A stretch of 63,932 bases of DNA, filler included, from Chrysochromulina tobinii (lineage: Eukaryota): NCBI GenBank assembly GCA_001275005.1. It is 8 parts of 8 records of this genome, joined end to end, with 100 filler letters (N's around TTAATTAATTAA, not from the genome) between each part and the next. Parts side by side here need not be neighbours in the genome. Positions count along the whole stretch, not along the records: positions 11,148 to 19,995 come from JWZX01000222.1; positions 20,096 to 31,623 come from JWZX01000224.1; 6 more parts are not named here. The stretch is one strand, 5' to 3'. The notes below the pieces were generated by a model. It ran no database searches and had not been told where the DNA came from. It saw nothing but the letters and a program-made list of their open reading frames with translations. Both the position numbers and the translations under genes were made by a program. Below are positions 11,148-23,480 of the stretch, piece by piece; position 1 is the stretch's first letter; each line of letters opens with the position of its first letter.

Positions 11148-12758
11148 GCCCGCCGCGCTTGCCGCGCCCGCCGCGCCCGCCGCGCCCGCCGCGCCCGCCG
11201 CGCTTGCCGCGCTCGCCGCCATGGCCGCCGCACGCGCGTCCGCCTGCTCTGTATTGAGGGCCTCGAGGTACTCGAGAGCGGCCATGATTGCGCGCCGAAA
11301 GGCTTGCATGGCGGAGAGCAGCTGTGCATCGTCGAGCACCGCGAGCCACACATCACTCGTGCGGCGGTCCGCCTCCATGACGGGCGCTGTCGTTGGCGCC
11401 TCTACGGCGGGCGCGCACTGCCGCCTGGCTCGGCCATCGCTATGGGTGCCTACGCCCGAGACGGCGCCTACGCCCGAGACGGCGCCTACGCTCGAGGCGC
11501 CATCCATTGTCACGTCGCCGTCCGCGCCCCGTCTCAGACCACCCGAGCCATCAACAGTCCGGCCCTCGTCCTCGTCGTCGACGCCCTCGTCCTCGCCCTC
11601 GTCCTCAGCATCCGAATGAAGACGGAAGAGTGCCTCCTCCAGTAGCACGCAGCACGCAGGCAGCACCGCAAGGCACGTGGACGTCACCTCCTCGCTGGGC
11701 TGGTCGTGCAAGCACAGCTGAAGCTCCACGCTGCACTGCTGCAGCAACAACGAGAGGAACGCCCCGTCGCTCGAGAAGGCGCCCTCGACAGCGCCCACGA
11801 CCCACGCCGGCCCGCAGAGCTCGGTCGCGACCGCCGCGAGACGCAGCAGGTCTGCACGAGCAGTCGGAGGAAGGCGTGAGCCGAGGGGACCTGCGAGGGC
11901 GGCACGCAGCTCGATGCCCAGAGCCGCGATCGCGGCCGACGCTCGAGCGCTGGCCTGCGCCGCCGCCTCGTCCACGGCCGTCGGCAGAGGGGCAGCCGTG
12001 CGACTCCGCTCCGACTGCACCGCCGCTGCCTCCACAAGCGCCCGAAGCGACGCCAGCCGTTCAAACGAAAGGGCGTCGCGCGTCGCGCCCACCGCCGGCG
12101 CGAGCACGCGCGCAGCCTCGAGCAGCTCTGCGACCGTGCTGAACGCGGCCGCGGCGCCGGCGCTGTGGCCGCCCGCGCCAGCGTAGTGGTTGGCCGTTTG
12201 CACAAGCAACTCGCACGCGAGCGACGGCGCGGACAGCGGAGCGGCGCCGAAGCCACCACCACCGCTGAGCGCGCCTCCGGATGCTGGTGCTCGTGCGGGT
12301 GCGGGTTGTGCGGCCGCGCGCGCCACGGCGTTGCTCAGCAGCCGGCCGTGCATCGGCCCTGTGAGGCCCTCTGGCTGGCGCAGCACCGCTCCGAGCACGG
12401 CGGCGCAGTCAACGAGGTCGCTCTCAGTCGTCGTGCCGTCTAAGAGCGGCGCAGCCGCGGCGGTCGCGCACGCGCCAAACTCAGGACGCACCACAAGGGC
12501 AGGCTCGGCGCAAAATGACGCCAATACCGAGAGGGCGAGGCCGCGGAAGGAGGCTCCTGCCGCAGGCGCTTCACCGCCAGCAGCACCCGTTGATGGCGGC
12601 GTGAGCAGCAGCCGGCGCACGAAGGTCATGCCCTCCTCAAAGACGAGGGCGAGATCAGCTGGCGTGCGCATAAGCTTAGCTGCGAGTAGCAGCCCGACGA
12701 AGCGTTGCTCGTCCGTGGACGCCCGGAGGAGCGTGACGCACTGCGCGAGGTCCTCCAT
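11148..12758 (-). CDS. NCDN: Neurochondrin-family protein, 3'-truncated by gap
   Basis: MEDLAQCVTLLRASTDEQRFVGLLLAAKL...FVRRLLLT...LALSVLASFC, later FLSLLLQQCSVELQLCL; matches recalled neurochondrin motifs. Confidence 0.75.
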
Positions 12759-12911
12759 GAAGGGAGACGTCGCCCCAGAGTGTGAACTTGTGAACTCCGC
12801 CAACGCATCCAAAATGTGAGCCTCCCCCGGATTTTCACTTGCAGAAAGCTCACGAGACACGGTGTTTTAAAAGGGCTTTTCAGAGGCGATGACGTGGCTT
12901 CACGCTGGTAA

Positions 12912-13688
12912 ATGCCCAGTCCATTCCTAGCGCTCATCTACTCCACGCTCGCCATTTGGGCGCGCGTGGTCTCGTATGCGCTCGAACATGCTGCGGCTCT
13001 GCTGCTGGGTCTAGCCTCCGACGCGGCACCCGCGTCGAGTCCATTGCCCACCGTGTTCGTAAACATCCAGGTGCTGAACAGGGAACAAAAGCTGGCCGAG
13101 GTCGAGGTGAAAACCAAGGCCGAGGTGCAGCAGAACTTGAATCATCTCGGACCGCTCGGCTCCTGGGCTGCTGACTTGGCCGGCAAGACAGCGGCGGGAC
13201 TGACAAAGATGGCGGTGAGCAACGAGGACCTCGGGATGAGCGTCGGAGTGTATGCATGCCAGTGTTCGACTGGATTGCTGCAGCAGATCGGCGTTCAGAG
13301 CGAAGCAGAGGTGGTCTACGCCGAAGCTTCGCTTGCGGTCGTCCAATGCTCGATGGTCAAGGTGGATCTGCCCACGCTAGTCAAGGCGGTCACCTCTCAG
13401 TCGGAAGTGGGCATCGGCATAGCGCGAGTGTGGGGCTTCTGCTGGGATGCGTGTAACGCCTTCGGGCTGGGCGCGTTCTTCGAGCGCGCGACGGAGGCCC
13501 GCATCGGCGAGTTCGCGGCCTTCAGCATGACCCAGCTCCTCTCCGCTGAGCTCGAGAAGGCGGTCCGTGAACAGATGGGCGGCCTCGAGGTGGCCGTCAC
13601 GACCGTTCAGTCGACGGAGCAGGCGGCGCACTTTTTCCGAGCGCGCCAGGCCCTACTCTTGCCTGTGGCCGTCACGAGGTCCGTGTGA
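12912..13688 (+). CDS. Hypothetical protein
   Basis: 258-aa ORF with globular composition, divergent from neurochondrin. Confidence 0.65.
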   Translation: MPSPFLALIYSTLAIWARVVSYALEHAAALLLGLASDAAPASSPLPTVFVNIQVLNREQKLAEVEVKTKAEVQQNLNHLGPLGSWAADLAGKTAAGLTKMAVSNEDLGMSVGVYACQCSTGLLQQIGVQSEAEVVYAEASLAVVQCSMVKVDLPTLVKAVTSQSEVGIGIARVWGFCWDACNAFGLGAFFERATEARIGEFAAFSMTQLLSAELEKAVREQMGGLEVAVTTVQSTEQAAHFFRARQALLLPVAVTRSV

Positions 13689-13926
13689 TGCATGCATGGC
13701 CATCGAGCGCGGGCGTTCAACTGGCATTTAGATGCGCGCATACTTTTGTCGCGTGTGAAGCTCAAGGTTACCGGGTACAGGCAAGACCAAGATAGAACAG
13801 AGCCGATTGTCTCACTTGTTAATTCAGCTGCATGTTATTCCTTCATATTCCCTATCCAGTTGTCTTCTCGGGCTCAGCAGTTTGACAGCCAATGTTTCAC
13901 AGCAGCAGCTACGGTTTCACGGTCAC

Positions 13927-14628
13927 ATGGACGGCGACGCCTCCCGCCCGTTCGGGGCCAAGATGCAGCTGCGGAGTCAGCTCATCGAGCTTACCGCCGC
14001 AGCTGCCGTAGGCAGCCAACCTCGATCGTCGCACGTCGCCTCCTTGGACCCGTCCCAAAAATTGCAGCTCATCGAGCGAGAATGCCGTCAGCAGGAGCTG
14101 GAGGTCAAGCTGCTGCGCACAAGGGAAGCTAGGCTGCAGGAGAAGCTCACACTCCTCGAAAAGGTTACAGCGGAGCAGGCGCTGCAGCTCGAGGAGCACC
14201 GCGAGGAGCTTTTCGAGCTTCGGCAGCTTCGGCGCAAGGTCGAGAGTGAGGAGTACCAGATCGAAAAGTCGAAGCCAAGCGACGACGAGTGGCGCCGGCT
14301 GCGCGAGGGCCAGCTCAAGTTCGAAGAGGAGCGCGCGCGCCACGAGGCCGAGCTTCGCGCACGCCGCGCGCAGGTCGACGAGGAGCAGGAGGCAGTGCGT
14401 GCGGTTGTGAGCGAGATCGACGACCGCACGCAGCAGTCGCATGCTCTCTTAGGAGCGGCGCGTGAGGAGATGGCGCGCGCCGAGCAGGCCGCCGCCGCCT
14501 TCGCATTGCAGACCATGGAACTCGAGTCGCGCCGCGTGCGTGAGCTCCATCTCACCGAGCTGCGGGCGGTGGCACGCGATCGGGGCCGGTGCCGCCGTGA
14601 GCCGCAGCGCGCGTCGCCGTCGTCGGTT

Positions 14629-14661
<33 letters not shown>

Positions 14662-16251
14662 CGCGCGACGCTGCTCGCGCCATCGCGGGCGTCATCGACG
14701 CCCTCGAAGCGTCGAGATGGGCGCCTCGGAGTCCGCAGCCTCGGCAACAGGGACGGCGGCGGAGATCCGGGGAGATCCGCGGAGCTCCGGGGAGCTCCGA
14801 GGAGCTACGGGGAGCAACGGGGAGATCCGGGGAGCTCCAAGCGGCGCTTCACCCATCTGCAGCAGGCCAGGGGCGGTCTCGTATTACTCGAGGAGGGGCT
14901 CTACCTAGGTGGAGGCGCGTCCGAATGGGTCGATGGCGGCGCGGGCGCCTCCTGCGCTCGTCGTGGCGGCGGCGATGACCATTCGAGCGCCGCAGCCGAT
15001 GCCAACGGCATCGGGGGCGTCAGAAGAGGAGGAGGAGAAGGTGGTGGTGGTGGTGGTGGTGGGGTCGCTGAGGGCGGCGGCAGCGCAGGGCTGCCCTCGT
15101 CGCAATTGTACGTGCTACTGTCGCAGCAGACGGTGGACGCACGAGCCACTGAAGCGCTGGTTCGCAGCCGACCGACTCCCTCCCTCGGGTGGTTACAACG
15201 CATGCTCTCTGAGATTTGTGTGGATAAGGTGGTGCACGACGCGGCGGCCGAGCGGCTCGGGCAGCCCGTGCTTTCGCTCGAGCACTTTCTGGTTCGCTGG
15301 GCGCCTTCCAAATTTGGGTTGAGCGCGAGCCTGCAGCTGTGGAGCCTGCAGCATGCCCTCAGCTGCCACCAAGAGTGTAACGTCGAGGCGGCGACGTTCA
15401 CGCTCTTGTTCGAGCTGCCGCGGACCAAGCGCCTCGAGCGTTGCCTCGCCTTCTATCTACACTGCCGCAACTACATCTCCGCCGACGTACAGAAGGCGAG
15501 CGCCAAGCCGCCAGCCGCCACGGCACACGTCAAGGCGCCACCTCCCAAGCTTGAGCGGACGAAGATCGAGCCCATGTGGCGAAGGGCCCCCGACCGAGCA
15601 TCTAGCGCCTCAGCCGTCGGGGGGCTCGCGCACAGCCTCGGCGGCCTCACCAACAGTGGCAGCTCTCCGCTGCTCACCTCACAGCTCCGCTACATTCCCC
15701 AGATCGCGAGCTCTGCGTACACTAGCGGCGCTGGCGCTGGCGCCGCAGTAGCAGCAGCGTCCGCGGCGGCGTACGCAGCAGCGGAGGCGGGCTCCACCCT
15801 CACCTCCACCCCATCACGCCAACCTGAGAGACGTCTCTCTGGGCGTGTCCTGCCCCTGCGCACAGCCTGGGCAGCCGCGCAGCACCTCTTTGCACCCGCG
15901 GCCGTTTATATTCGACTCGCCCTCCTTCGCGAGCTCCAAGCTGGCGCGCGCGCCGCGACGGCACCCCAGGGGCCATCGGGCGCACCGCCGCCACCGCTGC
16001 GCTCGTCGTCGGCGGCCGATTCCCTACAGGTGGACGTCGACTTCTTCTTATTGAGCTGCCTCGTCTTCTTTGACTTGTCGACGCAGCCGCAGCCGGCCTC
16101 AAAGGTGGCCACAAGGCTGGAGCATCCAATGGCGGGGGCGCTGCTCGCGACGCTGCGTCACTCGCTGGTGCTCGAACGCGATGTGCACGCGGCCGTGGCG
16201 CAGGCGCGCGCGGACGGCCTCGCGGCGGCCGACGAGGACGAGCACGCATGA
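13927..16251 (+). CDS. Hypothetical protein with N-terminal coiled coil; possible in-frame repeat intron near 14730-14865
   Basis: Long ORF; coiled-coil N-terminus and a helical domain (WLQRMLSEICVDKV...KFG). Confidence 0.7.
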
Positions 16252-16330
16252 CGGTCGCTCGGGCCGGAGTCTAGATACAAGGGTTGAATAGACAGACAGG
16301 ACCCGTTCCGAACAAAGAGTTCTGAGAGGA

Positions 16331-17419
16331 ATGTCCGCTGCAGGAATCGAGGTCTCTGTGAAATGCATCTGTGAAAGGAATCTGTTCGCCAAACAGGCCG
16401 TGTGGGCTGGAGCCGACCGGCGAGGCCGACGGCTCCTTCTTGCCATGGGCCTCACTGTGGAGGTGAACGTGATCACGGTGTCGGTGTGCATCACGGTCAT
16501 CGTGTTTACCGTGATGTGCGAGCTCTTCATATGCAAGCCGCTGTTCACCAGCCGGCTGTACAGCCACGAGCACCGCCAGGTTCTGCTCAGGCTGGTTCTG
16601 CTCTTTGCGGGCGTAGGCATGGTGCCTGTGCTCTACTCGGCGGGCTTCTTTGCCATCATCTTGCTCCCCTGGCTCGAGAGCTACGTGGACCCAGTCCTTC
16701 ACGTCGTCGAGGCGATCGCTCTGTTGTTCTTCTGGCACATTCTGGTCGCGCTCGCCGGCGGAGACACACGCGCGGCCATGTGCGTCGAAACGTCGACAGC
16801 GGGCGCGGCATGCGTCGTGATGCCCTTCGTCGGCGAGTGCGCATTCTGCCGCTTCCGCAACGGCGAGAGCGCGCTCCGCTTCTGGCACTGGTCGGTCGCC
16901 CAGTGGATCGTCTTCTCGCCCGTAGTGCGCGTGATGTCGGGGATCGACTCCTTAATCGTGCGCAGGGTGGGGAACGTGATCAACGTCGTCGGTCTGGCCT
17001 TCCTGCTTCGCGCCCTGCTCGACACGCACCGCGCCACGCGCCACGCGGCGCCGCGGCACGCCCGCCCCGACCTGCAGTTCATCGCGGTCAAGCTACTCGT
17101 GTTCGTGCTTCTCGTGCAGGGTCTCATCTACGGCATCAAGTGGCCACCGGACGTAGAACCTCCGGAGGGAGTGACGCGCGCGTTCGCGTTCCTGACGGTG
17201 CTCGAGATGGTCGGTTTCGCCCTCTTCTTCGCCTGGGCCTTCGGTCCCCACACCCTCTGGTGGGCGCTCGATAAGACGCAGCTTACGGCAGCGCTCACAG
17301 AGTACGTGGCGGACCCGGGCGGCTCGCGCATGCCGCCTCGTGGGGCCTCGCATCGCGCGGGCACGTACTCGCCCGTCGACGATGCGAGCCTTCGGCGCGT
17401 TGCGTCCGCTGGCGTCTAG
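16331..17419 (+). CDS. Organic solute transporter OST-alpha / TMEM184 family membrane protein
   Basis: About 7 hydrophobic segments; MVPVLYS, VEAIALLFFW, LQFIAVKLLVF..Q, LTVLEM..FA...WAF. Confidence 0.8.
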   Translation: MSAAGIEVSVKCICERNLFAKQAVWAGADRRGRRLLLAMGLTVEVNVITVSVCITVIVFTVMCELFICKPLFTSRLYSHEHRQVLLRLVLLFAGVGMVPVLYSAGFFAIILLPWLESYVDPVLHVVEAIALLFFWHILVALAGGDTRAAMCVETSTAGAACVVMPFVGECAFCRFRNGESALRFWHWSVAQWIVFSPVVRVMSGIDSLIVRRVGNVINVVGLAFLLRALLDTHRATRHAAPRHARPDLQFIAVKLLVFVLLVQGLIYGIKWPPDVEPPEGVTRAFAFLTVLEMVGFALFFAWAFGPHTLWWALDKTQLTAALTEYVADPGGSRMPPRGASHRAGTYSPVDDASLRRVASAGV

Positions 17420-17723
17420 AGCGCGTCGTACAAATGTAGCTCGGAATTATGTATGCGTTTGCTGTGAGCTAGACTTTGCGGTTCGCGTTCCCATTCGGCT
17501 TCGCGCTCGTCGGCGAGACCTGTGACCTCCATAATCCGATATATTCCAATAAAGAATTCTCGCGAAACGCGAATCGCAATCGGAGATCACTGACTTGTCC
17601 CGAAATACATGTATCTTGTATGTCTAAATGTCACCCTAGACCCTTCCCCCAAAATTAGTCCCTCGGTGTAGTGTGTTGCCTTGAAGAGGAGTACTCAGAG
17701 ATTCTACGCATGCATCGAACCGC

Positions 17724-19157
17724 ATGCGTACTGTATACCGTTGGAGTGCCTTTTTTGGACGCGAACTCGCGGGCGGGCCTTTTGCTCAAGAACGCCTGAT
17801 GGCGTCGAGACGCCGAGTGCTTGTGCCTACGCGGCTCACTTCGACCGACATGCGCGCTGAAATGCAACATGCAGAAGGTTGGCGCTCGGCGGAGCTGGTT
17901 GAGGCGAATCATGTCTGGGACAGCAATGAGCTTCGCGAGCTCATTCTTTCTCAGTGCTCCTTGCGCTGCCTCCACGCTCGCTGTGCTGTGGTCTGCAGCA
18001 GTTGGCGCCTCACAGTGGCTTCTCCGATGTACGATAAAATCGACCTCAGCATCTCACGACCTCAGGAGCATCCGAACACAGCCGCACAGCCGCATGCTGA
18101 GTGGTTTCAGCGCCGCATCTGTCCTGGGGGCAGCTTCGAGAGAATCACAAGCCTCAACTTGACGTTCCACACTAGGCTCGGTGATTCTCAACTTCAACAC
18201 ATCAGCTGCCTCCTCGCTCTGCAAGAGCTCGACCTATCCGACTGCAATCAAATCACCGACGCGACCCTGCATCGGCTGTCCCACCTTCCACACCTAGGCG
18301 CTCTCTCTCTGCTTGCAGATCATCGGACGCTCATTACTGATGATGGCCTGCTTGCACTTGCTGAGCTACCGCTCTGGTCTCTCAAACTGGACTGCTGTGC
18401 CACCTCGATCACGGATCAGGGATTCGCATCACTTGCTCCTCTTGGCCGCACCCTCACATCGTTGGTGCTCAGTGGACGTTCTGGATGGGACCGTTGCTGG
18501 TGTACTGCTGAGACTCTTCGTCTGATGGGGTCGAGTTTTCCTCTGCTCAACTGGCTCAATATCGGCGGCCTTGGGTTGAAGGAGTCGGATCAGCATGCAT
18601 TCGCCCACCTTGCAAAGCTGAAGCACCTGACCACGCTCTATGCCATCGATGCTGAGATCAACGATGAAGGACTCCGCGGCATCGGTCAGATCCATTCGCT
18701 CACGTCCTTGAATCTGGAAATGCATACTCTCATCACGGACGTGGGCCTCAACGGACTGAGGGGGCTTCTTGACCTCGAAGAAATCGATCTGTCAAGCCCA
18801 GAGAGCGGTGGTTATTTGTATCGGAACAGTGAGGTTGAGGCACGCTACCATTGGACAGCTGTCAGCCGCATCTCGGACGATGGCCTCGCTCCTCTCGTCC
18901 ACTTAGCGGAGAACGGTGCTCTTACTTCCGCGAATATCAGCGGCAATCCAGGGCCCTTCCCTGGTGCTCTGGATGCATTGCGTAAGGATCCTTTCTGTCT
19001 GAAATACACTGGCCGTGAGCGTGGTGACAGCTTTGATCGCCGGATCCGTCGCTTTTGGTGGAATGAGCATTTCCCTGATGGTCCCAATGCGCTGCGCCTC
19101 ACTGAGCTCGACGTGTACCTGGGGGATGACGGAATCGACGACGAGAGCGATGGATAA
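17724..19157 (+). CDS. F-box/leucine-rich repeat protein
   Basis: ELRELILSQCSLRCL..CAVVCSSWR F-box-like segment; cysteine-containing LRRs such as LQELDLSDCNQITD. True start may be downstream. Confidence 0.85.
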   Translation: MRTVYRWSAFFGRELAGGPFAQERLMASRRRVLVPTRLTSTDMRAEMQHAEGWRSAELVEANHVWDSNELRELILSQCSLRCLHARCAVVCSSWRLTVASPMYDKIDLSISRPQEHPNTAAQPHAEWFQRRICPGGSFERITSLNLTFHTRLGDSQLQHISCLLALQELDLSDCNQITDATLHRLSHLPHLGALSLLADHRTLITDDGLLALAELPLWSLKLDCCATSITDQGFASLAPLGRTLTSLVLSGRSGWDRCWCTAETLRLMGSSFPLLNWLNIGGLGLKESDQHAFAHLAKLKHLTTLYAIDAEINDEGLRGIGQIHSLTSLNLEMHTLITDVGLNGLRGLLDLEEIDLSSPESGGYLYRNSEVEARYHWTAVSRISDDGLAPLVHLAENGALTSANISGNPGPFPGALDALRKDPFCLKYTGRERGDSFDRRIRRFWWNEHFPDGPNALRLTELDVYLGDDGIDDESDG

Positions 19158-20095
19158 GAGGTCAACGAATAAGATGATGTGCACAGACGACGGATACTCA
19201 TGCATCCTCCCAATTTGAGTGTTCTCACACACGTGCCCGCAGACGCTCGGCGGTGTGGACCGCCAAAAGTGACGGCCAAGCGCGTACTGCTGGGGTGCTG
19301 TGGTCAACAAACTTTGCTCAAGGCGGGCGCGACACGATCCAAGTGGCAGAGCGTATCTCGATCATGAGGTAGGTCTGTGACGTCTGTGCATCATGCGCTT
19401 CGGTTCGTTTTTGAGAGCGAACGGTAAAGCGAACGGAAGTCGTGTCGTGACTGTCTGTTACATGTCGTGTAAGATGAACACGTGATCGTGAAACCAAATA
19501 ACGTCCACTGTGACACCACAAGTCACAACCTTCCCCTCACCGCCTCCACCTTGCTCCAATGCTAAGGGTCCTGCTCCTCTGGCACTATGTTGAAACGCTC
19601 GAAGTGAGTGATGAAAGTCCACTCATACCCCCACGGATGTGTTGATTAGGCGTTTGGAAACCGATATATACTCGAAAAAATAGGATTGGGCCACTCATAC
19701 CCCTGACGAGTTGCATGCGTGGTTCACACGGGCATGCACAACGAAAAAGCCTTTTCCGGCACGCTGGGCGCCTTGGGGTTGTGCTCATGACGATCGTCGT
19801 CGGTGCCAATTCCTATGTCGTGGGCAAGCCCACCAAGAGCGTAGCGTGCATCCAGCACCCCGTGCTCAAGACCTGGCATATATTTAAGCGACACGCGGGC
19901 GAATCGGATGCCCTGATGCAGGAGCGTGTCATCAGTGACTTCGATCAGATGACAAACGAAGCCGTGTCAACGCCAATTGCTCGACCTGCATCCCCNNNNN
20001 NNNNNNNNNNNNNNNNNNNNNNNNNNNNNNNNNNNNNNNTTAATTAATTAANNNNNNNNNNNNNNNNNNNNNNNNNNNNNNNNNNNNNNNNNNNN

Positions 20096-20334
20096 AAGTC
20101 AAGGCGTCGGCCGCAGCGGCGGACGAGGTGCTCGAAATGCACGAGGATGAGAATGATGGCGACGATGACGATGACGAGGACGAGGACGAGGACGATGACG
20201 ATGACGAGGACGACGAGGACGACGAGGACGACGAGGATGACGAGGACGACGAGGACGACGAGGTCGAGGCGGCAGACAAGAACGACGAGGAGGAGGAGGA
20301 CTCCGATGATGTTGAAGACTCTGACGGAAACTAA
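20096..20334 (+). CDS. Acidic (Asp/Glu) C-terminal fragment of a gene cut by the gap
   Basis: Poly D/E run ending at TAA 20334. Confidence 0.45.
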
Positions 20335-20729
20335 CCGACACGGGTCCTGACAAGTCTCGGACGTAGTCGTTGGTCCAACCCAACGACGGATCCGATTGAA
20401 TCTCCCCATCGTGCGAGGTGTCTCACAGTCCACGCGACAGCACCCTCTTCCCTGCACCGCCAATCCGCCTCTTATGTCCGCCACCGGGGTCCGGGCTAGC
20501 GCGCTTGCTAGCGGAGGCAGCTATGGCCGTACCACGATTGGCCGTCGTTGGGTGTTGGCTGTGATCCTGTGAATGAACGAACGCGTACGCGATGTGAGTG
20601 CGGCGCATGTTGGCATGAAGATCAAGATGAACTCAGTCGAGTCCCATTCACAGCGTACAAGTTTCGTGTTCGCCCTAACAACTACAATAGTATTCGCCCG
20701 CACTCGCACCCGCGGCGCGCATCGGGGCG

Positions 20730-22646
20730 ATGTCGGAGCCGGTCAAGTGGCGCGGCCGGAGTGTCGCCGTGCCTCCCGGCGAGACCTTCGAATTCCTCAT
20801 TACCGCGCCTGAGGGCGGCTGCGACCTGCGCTACACGTACTCTGTCCACGATGACCTCGCGATAACCTTTTCCATCAAGCGTGCGGATGAGTGGTCGGTC
20901 GTGCTCGCGTCCGTGGAGGGCCCGAGCAAGTCAGGCGAGGTGGCCCTGCCGGGTGGCAGCGTGTGCGCCGTCCGCTGGGAGAATGCAACCCTTTTCGCCT
21001 TCAGCGGGATGATCAACACGCGCGTCGTGACGTATGAGGTGATCATGGTCCCTCATGCGCACACGGCGCTCGCGCGGCGCCGCCGGGTCGTGCAGCTGGC
21101 CCAGACCGGCAGCGCGACATCCGAACTGCTCGCCGCGCTCGACGGGCTCGCCGTCGACTGCGAAGAAGAGCTAGGCCGCACTCCGCTCCACGGCGCCGCG
21201 GCCGGAGGCAACGTGCCGGCGCTCACCGCGCTGATCCAGCGCAAGGCGCCACTCGAGGTACGCGCCGCCGACGGGCGCACGCCGTTGCTCGAGGCGTGCG
21301 CACACGCGCAGCCCGCTGCCGTGTCGACGTTGCTCGCGATTGGCGCCGACGTGCGCGCAGTCGACGCCGCCGGCCGCAATGCGATGCACCTGACGTGCTC
21401 GGAAGGCGTGCATGCCGCGCCGCCGTCTTCGCCATCCTCGCGCTCCTCGTCAGCGCTGTCGCCCCAGGCGTCGACGCTGCGGCTGCTTCTCGACGTCGGC
21501 GGCGCGGTGGCCAAGGCACTCGTCGCCCAGTACAGCACCGGTTCCGGGGCCGAGTCGGGTGATCTCGGTCGAGAGACTCCGCTCGTTTGCGCGGCGAGGT
21601 CGGGCCTCGCCGACTGCTGCGTGTTGCTGCTGGACTCGGGCGCAGACGCGAAGGAATGTGGCGGGCTGCCTCTGCTGCTGGCGGCGCGGCACGGCCGTCT
21701 CGAAGCCGTTCGCACGCTGCTCCGACGTGGTGCGGACTCGGCCACCGTATTCGGGAACCAGGGGACCGCGCTGCATGCGGCTGCGGTGGCTGGCCATGCC
21801 GCCGTTATCGAGGAGCTGGCCACCGACGCGCTCTCCAAGGGGCCCGAGGCGGCGAGCGCGGCGTTCCTGTGCACGGACGGCGAATGGCACGCGCCGCTCC
21901 TGCTCGCCGCCACGCATGGGCGCGGTGATGCCGTCGAGGCGCTCGTGGGAGCAGGCGCCCCGATTGAGCATCCAACCGACCGGCAGGGCAACACGCCGCT
22001 GCTCCGGGCTTGCGCCGCGGGCGACCCGAAGGCGGTCGGGGTGCTGCTGCTCAAGGGTGCGAATCCGCGCCACAAGAATGTCGCGGGGCAGGATGCTCTG
22101 TTCGTTGCGGCCGTGGGCGGCCATTTGCCGATCTTGCCCCTGCTGCTGCCTGCCTGTGGGAAAACCTTGCCCGATGCGATGGTGCAAGCGGCCGCGCACG
22201 GCCAGGCGCGCACCGCGGTGGCGCTCATGGAGCTCTGTCCTTTCCCTCTTCCGGCTCCATCTGAGTCTCGCACGTCGGCGCTCGCATCGGCGCGCCTGCT
22301 CCAGGCCCTTTGGCAACGCTGTTGCGAGGAGCACGTTGGCATTGACCCCACGTCCATCGCCCTCGAGGCCGCGGGCGGGTTCGGAGAGAAGGCGGTCGCG
22401 GCCGCGGCTGCTTCGCAGAGCGGCGGAGCGGCGAGCGCCGCTGTCGCGGCCGCAGGGGCCACGACGGCGGCCGCGGTTGCGGTGGGGGTTGCTGCCGAGG
22501 TGGCCGGGTCTACTCCTGCAGCTGAACGGGAAGGGGGCGAGGCCGACGACATCGACGACTTGACCAATATCCAGGAGCTCATTCGGCGAGAGCTTCTGGC
22601 TTCCGACGGCGACGACGACGCGGACGACGAGGATGACGAAGAGTGA
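20730..22646 (+). CDS. GOLD-like domain plus ankyrin-repeat protein
   Basis: N-terminal beta domain (VAVPPGETFEF...LRYTYSV...ITFSI...SGEV...VRWEN); repeated GRTPLH/GNTPLL ankyrin motifs; acidic tail. Confidence 0.8.
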   Translation: MSEPVKWRGRSVAVPPGETFEFLITAPEGGCDLRYTYSVHDDLAITFSIKRADEWSVVLASVEGPSKSGEVALPGGSVCAVRWENATLFAFSGMINTRVVTYEVIMVPHAHTALARRRRVVQLAQTGSATSELLAALDGLAVDCEEELGRTPLHGAAAGGNVPALTALIQRKAPLEVRAADGRTPLLEACAHAQPAAVSTLLAIGADVRAVDAAGRNAMHLTCSEGVHAAPPSSPSSRSSSALSPQASTLRLLLDVGGAVAKALVAQYSTGSGAESGDLGRETPLVCAARSGLADCCVLLLDSGADAKECGGLPLLLAARHGRLEAVRTLLRRGADSATVFGNQGTALHAAAVAGHAAVIEELATDALSKGPEAASAAFLCTDGEWHAPLLLAATHGRGDAVEALVGAGAPIEHPTDRQGNTPLLRACAAGDPKAVGVLLLKGANPRHKNVAGQDALFVAAVGGHLPILPLLLPACGKTLPDAMVQAAAHGQARTAVALMELCPFPLPAPSESRTSALASARLLQALWQRCCEEHVGIDPTSIALEAAGGFGEKAVAAAAASQSGGAASAAVAAAGATTAAAVAVGVAAEVAGSTPAAEREGGEADDIDDLTNIQELIRRELLASDGDDDADDEDDEE

Positions 22647-22897
22647 AGGGGGGGAGGCAAGGGATTCGCGAGTGCAAGTTCACCGACATGAAGCGCATGC
22701 GTACTGTACGCAGCAGTTACGCGGGCTTGCAGGCGGGCCCCCGTGCGGGGTATTCACGGGGTCTTGCGTGCGGGGTATTCACGGGGCCCCCGTGCGGGGT
22801 TGAGACGCGTGCGGATGATGCTCGTGCAATTAACTCAACCACTATCTTACCGACCACCTCAACACTATCTCAACTAACTCAACTTGAGAACACCATC

Positions 22898-23245
22898 TTA
22901 CCGACCACCTCGCTGCTGCCGCGCGAGGCTGCGGGACAGTACGCTCGCATGTGCCATTAGGTTGGCGGTATTTTTGAGGGAGGCTAGCGTACCGCCGGAC
23001 GTGGCCACCGCCATGTCCTCGAGAGCGTAGCCTGCATCGAGATCAGCACCGCGAAGCTGCTCGCTTGCGTGCCTCAGTGCAACTTTGTCGGCGACGAGTG
23101 CCGGGACAGAGCGTTGGATGTGCTCGACGACGTAGTAGAGGCCGACGGACGGCTCATGGGCCAAATTATGTATCAAACCTGTTGTGGAGGTCGCCAATCG
23201 CTCCGATGCCTGCCGGAGCTCACGGTTGTCATCGTCGGCAGGCAT
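22898..23245 (-). CDS. BORCS8: BLOC-1-related complex subunit 8
   Basis: LAHEPSVGLYYVVEHIQRSVPAL...DAGYAL matches the family signature. Confidence 0.85.
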   Translation of the reverse strand: MPADDDNRELRQASERLATSTTGLIHNLAHEPSVGLYYVVEHIQRSVPALVADKVALRHASEQLRGADLDAGYALEDMAVATSGGTLASLKNTANLMAHASVLSRSLARQQRGGR

Positions 23246-23480
23246 CGACGGAAATTTTTGTGCTGTCGATCATGAAGTCGAAGACTTCATGTTAATACAC
23301 ACAACACGTAAGCAGCACAGCCGTGAAGGCAAAACAAGAAGACTTCACGCAAAAAAGAAAATCCTCGGAAGACCTTTGTGGCACAGGGGGGGGGCAGAAT
23401 CCTCGAGCTCTTGGATATCGGTTGTGAGCGAGTTTCGTCAACACGTGAACGACCCTTCCCGGGCCGTCCAATCCAACTTG

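Noticed and set aside
21053..22660. Long antisense or alternate-frame ORFs (also 29366-31201, 41444-42700 and others)
   Set aside because: These are shadow ORFs expected from high-GC codon usage opposite real genes.
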